Shown one piece after another: positions 1 to 13,660 of a stretch of DNA of 64,000 bases. The position numbers were made by a program, and so were the translations under genes. Under the pieces are notes generated by a model. That model saw only the letters and a program-made list of their open reading frames with translations. It was not told the origin of the DNA and searched no databases. The number at the start of each line of letters is the position of its first letter. The first letter of the stretch is position 1. The stretch comes from Paraphysomonas bandaiensis (Eukaryota > Protista > Chrysophyceae): assembly GCA_965644295.1 (NCBI GenBank), contig CBFFRP010000115.1, positions 1 through 64,000 of the forward strand, written 5' to 3'.

Positions 1-2682
1 AACTCGATCCAAAAAAGTATTCACGGATTTCGAAAAAAGTTTCCAAGTACGCTTGTAGATCGCATTCTAAACCTTCCAAGCTCTCCTTCGTTCTTTCACG
101 AAGCAAGTCAACAACGTGTGCTTTACAGGTAGTTTGTCCATGGCTACGCGGATCCTCACAAACGAGAGATAGAATCTTCTCAACGAAATCGCGTTTGAAG
201 GCATAAACTACCTTCATCAAATTATCTTCGTGCTTCGCCTGGTGAGCCCTTTTCTTCTTAAAAATATTTTTAATGCTAATATACAGAGAGGGTGTACCAA
301 GTCTCCAAAAGTCATCAAACTGTTCTCTAATCGCTGTAGCTATTTCGTTGTTATCCCTTGTTTGTGCAGACGATCCGGGTGTGGTGCTGGCCCGAGTGGT
401 GGACTACAAAAGATTGGCCATATTTTTACCTAGTTGCCATATGTTGTCAGTCCAGTGCTCTAAGGCGACTAGTATCTTGTCCAAAAGTTCCTGAAGAGTA
501 ATCACCTATTCGATGCATAATATCATCTGAAAATATTATCGCTTGCAGGTTAAGCTTTCTCCGCATTTTGGCAGGGTCTGTTTCAATGCGCGAACTCTGA
601 GGAGATAAACTATTCGCTACACGAGACACCTCTGAGACAATTTCAGATATCTCACTACCACTAAATCAGAAGGCGAGCTATTCCCTGACGTTATCCGCAT
701 AACACCTCTACAAGCAACCCGTAGCTCCCACTGAGGAGCATTTAATTTTCCTTAAGTCTTTCGCGGCCTTCCTTATTCTTTTTGTATTGTCTTAGTGTCG
801 TTTGGAACAGATTTGCAACAGATATTATACTGTCATAGAGTGGGCTTCTATTCTGATGCCCTATTGTACCATCTTGAATATACCCTGCAAAACGTTTTTC
901 TGCACGACACAGTCCCATACGTATAGCATCATACCCTCGTCATTGTGGTCTTCCTGAGTCCGTGCTGATACAGTAAACCGATTCGAATAAAACGTTCACC
1001 ATTCGTAAAGTCAATAAGGTCGCTCACTCTATCCGTGCCATATCTACTAGCCAAATTCTTCCTTCCATCTATACTTGTTAGAAGTGACGAGAACAATAGT
1101 ATTTGAAGAGGATACGTGTATATTCCTTCCCGCATTATACAATCAACTTCATCATTCGCTCTTGACCACGAACATACTGCCTTCGTTGTGTCTTAAATAC
1201 ACCTTTTAATGCCTTCATATTTCCATTAACAAATGTTTCATGTTCTCTTTTAAGACGATTTAAATTTGTTTCATCTTGAAGTAAATTCATTGCAGTGGGA
1301 TGCTCACTCTTTTCATCATATTTAATCCAATAAAACATGTATCGAGAAGGATCGTTTGCTCGTTTAGTAAAGAATTCTTTACCATATCTTTCCTTGCTCA
1401 TATCATCTGCTAATGGAGATCGATAACAATCTGTAGAAGAGTCGATTGCTAATACAATATCACTGCTATTCATTGCATCATCTAAATACTTCTCATTAAA
1501 TGAATCTTGATCACAGCACCCGGGAGGATCGACATATCGACAATCACGGAGTATACGTGAGGGGACATATACATGTACAGCCTCTAATAAGACCCTTAAA
1601 CGAGGATAGGATGTATAATATGCAATCTTTGATGCCACATATTCACGATCGTCATTTGGTGGCTTCCCATCTCCACAAAAGCACAGTGTTTTACCTATAT
1701 GACTCTCTATGATATCATCATATCTGTGTGTGTCCCATGGGGACGGATAACTTCGAAAGTGTTCTGGTAACCACTCAAGATCTTCTTCAATATCTTCATC
1801 CTCATCATCACCAGATATATCCAATAAGGCTTTTGCTACTATAGTAGCATTCTTTACAACTCGTTTGACTTCGACTTCACATGTTTCACTTTCCAGCTAT
1901 CATCATTGAATCCATTGAATAAATCTCCTATACAGGACACTACACTCCCTACCGCATTTTTACGTGGACGAAATACAAGAATTGCATGAAATATATCCCC
2001 ATAATCAAAATATATAGGAAACTGTGTAGTTGATCCAGCTGCTGGTCGTGAGGATGGAACTATGAAGGGTCGAAACAAACGTTCATTATCCTCATCAACT
2101 GTACTTGTATTCAAATAGTAGTCTTCTTCACAGCACTTCTGAATAAGTGATAATGTTTTATCAGGTTTCCGGATTTTTTCGATAATTTGTATCATTTTGT
2201 GGTTGTAGCATTTCCACATTATTTCCTGTGAAATCGTCTTTATATTCTAATCGAAGACATTTTTTTGCATTTACTCGATAAGTTGCACTGTCCACCATGG
2301 TTAACATAAGGATCATATTCATAATGAATGATTTTCCAACCCCACTTTTTCCAAGTAAACAAATTGTTGGTTTTGAAATCAGTTTCTGACCTTTCTTGTT
2401 TAATGAAACAATCACGTACGGATCGAACTTCATCAGATATATGTTCTGATAATTCATTTTCATCTAAAAAACATTGTAATTTTTCTTCAAAAAACTGTAA
2501 TATTGCGAATCTAAATTATCCAAAATCTAGTGAATCATCTGTGAATTGACGCTCACAGTTATCTTCATCCTCATCATCATCCGATATGGACTCAGTTCGA
2601 TTAGGTGAAGGCATTGTAACCTTCCTCTTGACTGGACTGGTGTCGTTAGTATCGTCATGGGTTCGCTTGATCCCTCTTTCCA
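1..2682 (-). pseudogene. Dynamin-like/SLIP-GC-type P-loop GTPase, intronless, broken by several frameshifts and stops; runs off the window start
   Basis: Consecutive minus-strand ORFs give G1 (ICLLGKSGVGKS), a G2-like Thr (AGSTTQFPIYFDYG) and G3 (YVDPPG) in dynamin-like order. Breaks near 2516, 2390, 2190, 1850 and 1135 lack obvious splice signals. Confidence 0.6.
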
Positions 2683-3871
2683 TTAGATGTTTGTTATCAC
2701 TGTTACTGCAATGTTTGATGTATTGTAAGATATGAATGAAAGAATGAGTGCTGTCCCAATGTGTGTTTGTGACAAAATGTCCAAAGCACAAGATTATGGA
2801 AAAAATCCGCCAGTCATATCTTGAAAGGTTGGGTACACAGTGAGCTGAAAACATATCTTGCACGGATGAACCCTCCAGAACCCTAAAAATCAGGGATTTT
2901 CCTGTAAATGTATAGTAATTATTATGTAAAGATATTGACACAGGCTAGTCATTACTTTACAGATGTAGTTCAAGTAAACTAAACTTGCTGTGGTGGACAC
3001 GATGACGTTTACAGATTTTTGATTGGTGTTGTATTACTTGCAGGGCGAGAAAATTTAAAGGAGCACCAAGACATTCAATCTTGCTCGCACAGACCGCTGG
3101 TGAGCACCCGATAGACTCTCACAGAGCCCAATATAAGTCTATTAGACTATGATTAAAATTTTAGTTTCGTGTAATGCACCTTTTTTTCAGTAATAGAATC
3201 CTAACGACCTCGATAAGCACGTGTTGCAGCATTTCCCAGCATCTCAATGGGACAGCGAACACCCCAACAAGGGCAAGATAAGAAGGCTGTGAAGCCCAGT
3301 ATGGTCTGTAAGGGCCATATTAAGCACAAGCTGGTTAGACCTTGTTTAGCGATTGAGCAGGAGGTTTTTTACCGGCTTCAGTTCCTGTGAAGCGCAAGGT
3401 GAACCACGTCCTGAGCACCCTCTCCCCTCCTGGGAGCACTACTAATGGTAGTTCATCCACAATGCCATCCCTCGCATCTTTGAGGGGCATTGTGAAGGCA
3501 GTGCATCAGTGCCATTCACCACAGAACTTTTTCTTGCCTCACATGGACGTAGTTACTTAATGTCATTTTTGGAATTAATATATTTATGTTATTAGCTAAT
3601 GTTGATTGCTCTGTTATACGTATTTCTATATATGAAATTTTATCAAATTGGTATTGTTATATATTTACTGTGGATAGAGTGATCAATTAGGATATACTTA
3701 GCAGTTAATTAAAATAATTTATATTATAATCAACAACTTTCAATAATTTATTTTCATAATTTAAGAAGTATTATTTACTAGAATTTCCAAGAGCTTTATA
3801 CTTCCAAATAGTCCAAATTTTCTAGCCTAAAAGTTCGAAATTACTGACATTGGACTCTTATATTATTATTT

Positions 3872-4676
3872 AGGTATTTCCATTCACCAGGACTTCGATA
3901 AGAGATAAGAATATCACGACTTTATGTCAGGAGCAACTTTATGTATGTCACCAAGCTATTGGAAAAATTCAATATATGTCTAATTGTAAACCAATTTCTA
4001 CACCAATGTTGCACTTATCATTCAATTATGATATATAATATATATGCACGAGCCTAATCATTTATTGTACTCGAATCAACAATATGTTCAAAACTTCCCA
4101 TACGAGGAGCTCGCTGGATCCCTCAAGTACCTAGCTGTACGCAGTCTAAACACTTGTTAGATTTTCTGATATGCCTAACCTTACTACATGTGATGCTGTG
4201 CTGCATGTTGGTGCCTCAAAGGCGCTGCCAAGCAAGGATTAATATATTGTGGATCCCACCCAACATTGTCAGGATACTGCGATAGCGATTGGGCACGCTG
4301 CAACCTCACTCGACGGTCCACTACCTTCATATTTTTCATAGGTGTCTTATATTAAGGCAATCTCGATTACAGACAACAGTAGCATTGTCGTCTACTGAAG
4401 CAGAATATCTTCAGCATCTCAGGAAGAATTATGGTTACGATCTTTATTATCAGAAATTGGTTTCAATCTCCCATTTTCAAAACTAATTAAGGGCGATAAT
4501 AAACGTGCAGTCCAATGACGTTACAATCCTACTCATCATCGCCGTGCAAAACACATCGCGATTCGATATCACTTTATTCTTTATTCGAGAAAATATTGCC
4601 AAAAACCTATTGACTGTTCATCACATATCCACCACGTCAATACCAACCTTCTCACAAAACCACTAGGAACAAACTA
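3872..4676 (+). mobile_element. Degenerate Ty1/copia RT-RNase H fragment
   Basis: Translated motifs CKPISTPM, PYEELAGSLKYL, GYCDSDWA, QTTVALSSTEAEY, DNKRAV and HHRRAKHIAIRYHFI, interrupted by frameshifts. Confidence 0.9.
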
Positions 4677-5082
4677 AATTGCGAACATCCCATCCAGCAA
4701 CAATAAAAAATGGTCAACAATCTCAGAGACACCCAAATCACTAATATCAAGCCATAAGCGGCCTAGGTGGCTAGTATGAGTAGCACGGACTAATTTTGTT
4801 CAATACATACATGATGCTGGACTAGAAAGATGGAAACATCCTTCTTACTATTGTTAAGCTTAAATAACTAGGCATGTTGAAGTATAAACCCAGATAGCTG
4901 GCTTTATCAAATTCATGCTCTTGCATTCCACGTATTCAACGAATCACCATTCTATGTAAATTATAAAACTAAAATTTAAGTACACATCATGCAAAATGCA
5001 CGCATCACATGACTAACACTGCACTTAACTACTGCATCCAGCAACCTTACTGAAAAAAACTATTAACAAGGAAGTAGTAAAA

Positions 5083-5617
5083 TTATTCATTGTTAGTGGC
5101 ATCAGTTTCCTGGGTCTCATTTTCTGTGGTAGACTTCTTACGACTAGAGCTTGCATTGGTCGTAGCCGTCTGCAAAGAAATAGTAGTAACATGACTATCA
5201 CAAATTTATAGTTTAACGTGTACCTTTTTAGCATTCTCCTTTCTCGAAGCCGGAGAGGTGACTGAAGATAAGGAAAATAGCCTTAAGAAACGATCGTATG
5301 AGTGGTATAACTCTATATTATATTATGCGGTGCATTACCTCTCTTCGTTTCCTATCGTTTTCCTTTTTTTGATCCGTTCCGCTGACAAATAGCACCCCCA
5401 TCCCGAAAATATATTCCCAAAATCTCTGGTATCCTCCAAGTAACTTGATTCCAGCTCATATATTTGTTTCTCGATAGTGTTCAACTCGGCTCTGAGACTA
5501 TTACAAATATATTGAAACAATTAATTTTAATATTGCAAACTTTCAAAAGCGTTACTCTTTGCGCTTTCTTTCTGTTCCCGCCGCAATACTGGCTGTGGGG
5601 GTCTCATTGCTTGGCAT
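5083..5617 (-). CDS. EAF6: Chromatin modification-related protein EAF6 (NuA4 subunit), 4 exons
   Basis: Exons 5617-5556, 5497-5339, 5281-5224 and 5169-5083 with GT-AG introns. Protein has IEKQIYELESSYLEDTRDFGNIFSGW and ERLFSLSSVTS, typical of EAF6. Confidence 0.92.
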
Positions 5618-6179
5618 GAATAGAGATGTATAAATGAGAGTGGAGTTCAACTCTTTAGGGTTTATTTTAGCTAACCACGTGAAATATACTGTACAGCATA
5701 GTATGTCCACATCCACGGGCCTTCTGACCTGCTCTATTCATCTATACGGATCGGCATCCTTCGTATATTTTTGTTCCAAGAAGCCTCTAATATTGAGACA
5801 ACAATTATCTGTATTCCAGCCGTAGTTGTATATCAATAATATAGAGGACTTTTGCTTCAATTAATTTCCGAAAACTGAGATCCGGAGATGCTGACTGCCG
5901 GTCCTCCAGTGCATCAGTATTCGGTGGCGTATACTGCTGTATAGGTATACGGTATATGATATACCACGATTTGACAGTTACGATTTCGTAGTATAATATA
6001 CAGAGTAAACCCTGATTGAATACTGAACAAGAGCCACATCATAATCACCAATCAACCTGCTGCTTGGATATTACAAATTAAAATACATCTTCCTCTGTTC
6101 ACATTATCGGCCGTACAGTAAGCCTCCAAACAAATCTAAGCTGTACTGAATGTCCATAGTCCAAGTTAATTAATTGTAG

Positions 6180-7254
6180 ATGGTATCTGGCGACAAATCC
6201 TGGTGGGGTCTTCCCCTGCATGACATTATCATCCCTCTTTGTGTTTGGGTCGTTATTGCTTCTTATTATGTATACCAAATCAACCGCCGAGTTCAAAGTA
6301 ACCATCTGGCTGTACTAAACATGGGAGAAGGAGATCATTATTATCCATATTATTTCTATCATGTGAGCGCAGTGTGTATATAATTATCTGGCCTTAGTGT
6401 ACGGTTGGAAAAAAATTCACAGCTTATATGATTGTTTTGTAGATGCGGAGTGGGTGGATACGCAAAAATCATTTGAGCGGACAGGGAACCGCTAATTCCA
6501 CACGTGACTACTTAAGAGCATTAATATTCTTCGCTGGAAATACTGCACGTGCGTAAGAGCAGCAACGGTGTTTATCTTTAGTACCATTGCGCGCACAGTT
6601 TATAGTCGTATGAAAAGTTGTCGTTTATATATATGGTTTCTTATTGTGTATTTCTGACTAGAATCTTGATTGTAGTGGTTGGAGGTCTGGTTTCTGGCTA
6701 TGCTGCTTCTTCGTACAAAGGGGAGAGCAGTGCTGCAGACAATTACTTGGTCTTCAAGCTTGGCTTTTCAGGGTTTATTTTCCTTGTGATGTTCTTTCTT
6801 TTCCTATATAGCATTCGGTTTGGACTTCACTTTCAGTAAGACGTGATTTTTATTCGTGGTGTTTGCTAATATGGGTGCGTAGTTTTCTCATGAATGTTAA
6901 GGAAGCCAATGGGGTACCCATCAATCTAATGATCATAGAGAAAATCTTTCATGCCTCTCATTTTTATTATGCATCTGGTAGTATATCTGTTGTGACACCC
7001 TTTGTTGTATTTGATGCATTCGCACTTTAGGATTGCGGCTGTATTACACTGTTATCCCACTTTTCGCATGGGTGATATCCTCGTGGGCTCTACTGGCCAT
7101 ATCTCCTCTGTATATATATCTGGTTGAAAACTATGACAATCTATCTTTCCTTGAGCAAGATCTAGAAGACATGTACAAGGGAACGGAATATGCGAAGTAT
7201 CGCCCAGTGAATTCCATTGACAATGACTGTGGGGTGCAGGTGACGAAGAGATGA
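6180..7254 (+). CDS. DUF599-family membrane protein, copy 1, 5 exons
   Basis: Spliced product with RSGWIRKN, NSTRDYLRALIFFAG, FFLFLYSIRF, YYASGLRLYYTVIPLFAWVISSWALL and several TM helices. Confidence 0.8.
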
Positions 7255-7656
7255 GGTTTCGAAATATAGATGTGCATTGATGCCGTCTTGGAAGTAGAAG
7301 TTAGTGACTATCTTTTAGTTTTGTTGTTTGTGTGAGTCTGAACCTTTGTGTTGAATATTAATGGAAGATATGAATTAAAATCGGTAGTTTATCAGTGGTT
7401 GCTATCAGAATGCTTATTTTATGTTGGTGTGAGCTCTATGGGAATGAGACTATTGCGTATGCGATAATAACCCATCTAGTCTGACAACTAAACTTTAAAG
7501 TAAAAAATTACTATCACTATTAGACATTTTTAGATGGTTTAAAACAATTCACTGAACTCAGTACTTAGTAACATTTACTTCTATTCACACTTAGTAACAC
7601 AGTTAGTATACACTTTCTCAATAATAATTAAGATTGTGGTAGACATCTCATTTCAT

Positions 7657-10600
7657 CAGGGCTGCGTAACAATTAATATTGCAATTAAATTGCATTCATT
7701 AGCTATAGCTCGCGCAATTATAATTGCAATTAATTGCAATTAATTGCAATTTAATTGTGCCAATTATTGTCTAATTAACTTAGTTACTCATTACAAGCAC
7801 GTATAGCATCTTCAACCATATACTTGCATTCCACAGAAATCTATTAAGGCGCAAGAACATAAGGGCCTCTAATCGATGAGTTGCCATAGATTTGGGCAGA
7901 TCACTCATGTTAATTTTTGCTCTCCTGAAAAACCTTTCAAGCAGCGGTACTTAGTTGGTTAGGTAGTGCGTAGTCGCTTTTGTTCTTGGTGCGCTTGGTG
8001 TCTTCTCGCCAGTGAGTCGACGCCATCATCTTCTTTTTTCTCTTCATCAGTTCTGTCCAACAAAAAACGTTTGAGCTGCGCCTTCTCAGGTCGAGTGAGA
8101 GTGTCCTCCAATTCGCTTTGAACTTACACAACAGCATTTTCGAAAGTCTGATTCAATGTCCGCATCCACACCAAGGTGATGGCTAGTACTAGGGAATTTC
8201 TGAATGAAGGTATTGAATAAAAAACGCACATCACTAAGATCGGCCTGTTCGGCGCCATCTTTCTGGAGAATCATAACAACGTTTTCGAATTCTCTTATAA
8301 CTCCGCTGTCATGCGCTCTAATTTAGCATGACATTGTATGTATGTGTCACTGCATTATTATATAGGAATTAGTTCGTTGACCTCATAGCCCTGATAATCC
8401 ATGTCCATACCGCTGCATATCAGTTAGCAGTGCACTTCAATCCTGCAGTGTCTTGTAGTAGTGAATGTCTGATTATTTAGCAATAGGCGTTGAGACCTTG
8501 CATCAATTAGTGGCTAGAAGAATGCTAGTCATACTAGTTAGACCACTACCCGTAACTAATCAATACAAACTCTTTTATCCTACTATTTAACGCTACGAAA
8601 GCTGCTTGTGCGTCGCCGCAAGCACCAAGGTGCAACCACTTCCGTTCTTTTGTGTGATATGAAATTCGCCTTTATCGTGTGTCCGTGGACTCACCGGCGC
8701 TATTGATCTGGGGGTCTCCCTTTGGGATGGGTCTCCATTGGTGTTGGAGGGGGCTCAGCGTTCTGGATTAGGGTCCTGAGTGCACCTAGTTCCAGATGTG
8801 TGGGTTGAGAGTGGTGGGGATTGTTGGGAGGAGGAGTTGGGTTTGTAGTCTGTGTTACTGTGCTCCTGTGGGGCCGCGGGTGTAGATAGAGTTGTCGAAG
8901 CCGTCGGCGTTGTGGAGGTCTGGGCAGTCCAGTGCTCTGTCGGGTAGGACCTGTGAGGTGTGCACGTGTGTCTGGAGTCGGGGACGCTGTGGGGGGTCTT
9001 CGTTGGACCCCTAGTAGTCGAAGGACTCTCGGACGTTGTCTTGACTGACTGCGTTTCGGACGGGGTCTCGGGAGTAGTCTGGGCGGCCTTTTGGACATGG
9101 TGATATAGCGACAACCGCGATCCTGTAGCATAAGCTTCGCTGCAGTGTAAAGCGGTTGCAGGAGATTAATAACCGCTGTTTCTAGGTTCCGTAGACTGTG
9201 TGCCGTCAGGTGGTTGTGTATGGCATCTCCGAAGACCGTTTCCAGTTGGGCTGCTGTGATGGTTCCAGTCCAGTATCTCTCGACCTGTGGGATGGAGGGA
9301 TTCCAGGCTCTGCTGGAGAGTCTCCGTAGTGCAGATGTGATCCAGTTGGGTAAGGTCTGAGTTCTCTGTATTTCGTGGAGCACATTTTTATGCGATTGAA
9401 ATGCAGTTTCCCTTATTTGGGTGATGGATTCATGTGTGCAGTCGAGGCACATATGTTTTAGGGAATCTAGTCGAAACCCGCAGTCAGAGCATGCGGCTTT
9501 GGTCAGGTCAAGTCCCTGTTTGGTTTTGGCCCGGTTCCTCCCTATGCAGAAAGATTTGTCCCATGTCAGTGCCGTGTTGAGTATTCTTTGGCGTAGATTT
9601 GAGCTGAGTTTGTCTTTGGATGCACTGCCATCCGCTTGAGCTAGTTTGCGCGGGAGGTGTACTCCGCTATTGGTCCAGTAGCCAGGCGCTCGATCAGGAT
9701 TGTGTCCGTAGCGTTGATCTCTGGTTGAAGTGTAGTTCTCAAGTGTCCTTAGGTCGCAGAGATCCTGGAAATTAGTAAGGAGTGGGCTAGAGTAGTATGG
9801 CCGTCTTGTACTGTGCATACGCCAGTGCCATAATCCAGCAGTTAGTAAGCGTTCGATGGCACTGTCAATCGCAATTGTGCAGACAGTGTAGTTATTTTTT
9901 CCAAGGATGCGATCGACTTCATGCCAGTCTTCACCCGCAACTGCGTCCGCAATATAGATGCCCTTGTCCTCAAACGTCCACTCCGTTTCATCTGTGGTAC
10001 GTCGTTCGGGATGGGACCTCACCCAGGTCACCTGTCGTTTGCAATCTCTGCTGGCTGCGATGCTTTCGAGTAGTACCCCTTTTGCACGGTGACCGAGAGC
10101 TCTGCGTCTTGTGGAGAGTGCTTCCTCAGTGCGGGTGCACACTGCCTGACAGTCTGTGTGGCTTCGTATGTGTTCGGGAATACGTGTTGAGAGTATAAGC
10201 CCCATGGCTGTGCCTATGAGTTCGTATGCGTATGAGTCCAAACCGGGCACGTCACGAAAGGGTGTATCTAGTCGTAGTATTGTGGTTGTACCATCTTCCC
10301 AGGCATTTTCTGGGGGTAAGTAGACGACCGCTGCACCTCCTCGGTGTGTCCATCGGGTTCGCGGATTGACATGAGTGAGGCGACGAGTGGAGAGCGCACT
10401 GGCTGTGTATGATCCATCTGTGAAGATAGCCTTGAAAAAGTATCTGGTTGGACACTATTAAGGCCGAGTTCTTGTTTTAGGTTGGTCAGCATGTGTTCAT
10501 CCTGTGGTTCGGGGGGCTCAGGTTCCTGAAGGGTAAGGCCCAATTCCGTTCCCCATTCCCTGAGGCTGAGAACATAGTGGTGGTATTGGGGCTGTGGCTC

Positions 10601-11502
10601 TGTTGTCTGAGTGAGTAGAAAATGTGCTGCTTGACCTGCTTCTCCCCCGAGGGTTATTGCGCGCTGTAGAGATCCCCATTTTTGCTCCTGCGCCGAGTCT
10701 GAGAAACGTTTCATACCTAATCCGTTGTGCTTGAGTGAGAGGTAGATCAGTTCCGTGGGGTATCCAGGGCCTAGACTGAGGGCCTTTCTGTAGAGGGTTG
10801 CGCAAGCAGCGTCAATTTCTCTGTACCAGTGTAGCGGCCATGAAGCTTTGGTGGCTCTATAGAGCAAAGTCGGTATGATTTGGGTCTCGATAACCATGAC
10901 TTTACAGCCGGCTGAGGCCTGTTTAATCCCTAGGTGTGTGGTCACGACTTTCAGGTATTTTAGACACCAATCATGGGAGGCCTTGTCTGTGATTGTGAGA
11001 GGAAGGTCTGCTCCGAGGTAATGTATCGACTCTAGTGATGTTTGGATAGGGACTGGGTGTGGACGCCACGACCAGTCGTAGAGAATGATGTAGCCAATGG
11101 GGTCGGAGGACTTGTTGGAATCTTGTAGGATCCAGTGTCTTGTAAGGCAGTCCAGGATCGGAAGAACATGATAGATACCTTCAACTAGAAGGGTAATACG
11201 ATATGGATCGAGCTGAACTTAGTTTTGTTGCTCAAGATCAAAATAGGAAAGACACAAAATCGACAGTCGTATAAAAAACGCTGTACTTCTCTTAATGTAA
11301 AAATATTTAAAATGAGAGGACTACCTCTTCCCACAATTTGAATAGCCGTTATAATAGCCATTATAAGGGTGATGAAGGGCAATAATAAATGGCTATTGAC
11401 CTTAAGGGTTTTCAAGTTCTAATTCTAATATTATGTCCAAATACATAATATTATATATAGTATATAATTGCCAATTAATTGCAATTCAATTAATTGATAC
11501 GC
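7657..11502 (-). mobile_element. Non-autonomous hAT element with a transposase C-terminal remnant, interrupted by a LINE; right TIR truncated
   Basis: Starts CAGGGCTGCGTAAC, as does the 19477 copy. Minus strand 7790-8290 gives VRFLFNTFIQKFP and ERFFRRAKINMSDLPKSMATHRLEALMFLRLNRFLW. 11145-11502 is colinear with the right half of the 19477-20212 MITE. Confidence 0.85.
8458..11132 (-). mobile_element. 5'-truncated non-LTR retrotransposon: RT C-terminus, RNase H, CCHC zinc finger, 3' UTR
   Basis: 12-bp TSD CAGTGTCTTGTA at 8446-8457 and 11133-11144. Contains the post-RT motif ELIYLSLKHNGLG, RNase H motifs IFTDGS / YAYELIG / HTDCQ / WVRSHPE / IADAVA, and CSDCGFRLDSLKHMCLDC. One frameshift near 10437. 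Confidence 0.92.
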
Positions 11503-12489
11503 CGATTGCTAATAATATAATAAAAGACTTTGATATATATAACGATAACTCAAAGCAAACGCAGTGAGCAAGCAGAACGTTCGTAATCGGCTGACTCCTC
11601 TATTCTGCATTATGTTCTGACTCCTCTAGCCGAATAATGCAAGCGTTACTGCCGTGCCCACCACTTGTAAAGTGCTACGAGGTATTGATTAAACTAAGAA
11701 ACATACATATGTGGTGATGCTGGTGTGTCTCTTGCACCTCAACAACATGCTGTTCATTTTGGTGATGGTCGTAACTCTTTTATGTTTATGTCTGCATATA
11801 AGTCGGTAAAGTGATTTATTTCACCAGGTTTCATAATATATGGAAAAGTTTCATATAAGTACTTATTTGAAGTCTGTATTAATATTAATTATAATTTAGT
11901 TGTTGTATGTATATTATCAATCATATATTATATTATTTCAATAATATTTTACTAAAATACTGTATTATATTATTGTTACTTCTCATATAAATCTACTGTA
12001 AAAATACTTTTATGAAAATCTCACATCAACGTGTAGCTACTATAATATAATAATATATATGTTATATTATACACAGACAACACATACATGAAGTAATAAA
12101 ATACAGACACAATATCCCTGAATTAATTACGCTTTCAAGTCACCAAAAACGATATTATTTCATTTGAAGTAATTCTGCAACACTAAGTTCTCGTACAAAG
12201 ACATCATGTACGTATCATGTAGTCGATGCAGTCGATCATTTTGATCTTGCAATTTATAGAGATTGTTCATAAAATCCCGGCGTATTCTTTGTGTGTCGGC
12301 ACCAAGCAAGTTCCAGCTATATCTACATTATATACTTGTTGCACAGATACAAAAGGTGTCACTGGTGTAGAATGGGCCCACCGAAATAATATATGGAGTT
12401 TTAGGGATATATCTACTGAAGTTCACGTCAAGAGAACTCAAAAGAAATTTTATCCGGTACTTATCCCTCGATGTTAATTTTTGCTGTTT

Positions 12490-13660
12490 TTGGAATGTTA
12501 AAAGCTGTAGTTCTAAGGTATTTGAATTATTATGACCGTAATACATAAAGATTACAGCAGTGATATTAACAGTATTAAATGAACTATTGAAGTTCTAGGA
12601 ATAATAATAGTGAAACTGAAGTCATATTATATTGACTGTATATAAGATCGTAAGAAAAACGAATAGTTGAGATAACATAAATTTGGCGAATGCCAATATA
12701 ATATGAATCATGGTAAGTGCGATTGATCATAATTTTTTATCAGTAGTAAAGTATTGAGTGCGTATTACGTGCATTTAATAAGCGTTTAAACCATCCTAAT
12801 TGTGTCAAATCTTGACATGGTAGTGGATGATAGTTCCAGCTCAGACTGGAAACAACTTCTAAAGTTCGATCCGTTAAGTGTGGTAAACTGGAGAAAGAGA
12901 TTAAAGGTCTCGTTGATGCGAAAGAATCGAAATCAACTGGGCCTAGAGGAGGGTCCTCTGAGACCCGCCGTCCACTTCTCCGACAGCTGTCCGAACAAGT
13001 ACAATGAAGATCTGGACAAATAGCCGGAGAGAAAAGACATGTGCATTAGCTCCATCTTTGAAGCAGTGCAACTGGTGGCGGAGGCGCTAGAAATTGTTGA
13101 TAAATATTCCTTGAAAAAGGCGTGCTACCACAGACGGCCCCGAAAACGAATAATTAGCTACCAGTGGCGAAGTTGTTTTTAGATTAATTGATCGGTTTCG
13201 TGGAATATCGTTGAGTTGAATAAAACGTTCGTAGAATTCGGAATTCTACGCCGCTTTGGGGACACGCAAGAACTTGGAGCAGCTGTACCAAGCAAGGCGA
13301 CGTATTACTCAGTGAGATGATTACAATATATATATGTCGGCGTTACGATCAAGCTAATGGAGAGCTCTTCACAGGAAGTACACTTGAATACCTCGATCAG
13401 AAAGTTGTATGCTCTAACGCAAAGTGTGGAAAACGAGGCCATATTCAGAACCAGTGCTAGATGAAAACGAAAGACTTAAATCTCGCAGTTGAAGCGCAGA
13501 GAGAAGAGTCAAAAACGCAGAGAGCACTCGCAGTATCAACAGGGAAAAATCAAGAAGCATGCGGTATACAAGAACATCGCGCCAGTGAATGCCGTTGTCG
13601 AGGGTGCAGTTGTACGTATTTGGAAACAATTAGAAATATTCACAATAAGCAGTAGCTTAT
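12490..13660 (+). mobile_element. Degenerate LTR retrotransposon leader and gag remnant
   Basis: Broken ORF from 12802 (LLKFDPLSVVNWRKRLKVSLM) to a zinc-knuckle remnant CGIQEHRASEC. The leader 12495-12820 is homologous to 21935-22225. Confidence 0.6.

Noticed and set aside
9421-10198. Plus-strand ORFs inside the LINE, and similar antisense ORFs within the other long genes
   Set aside because: Antisense shadows of real coding sequence.
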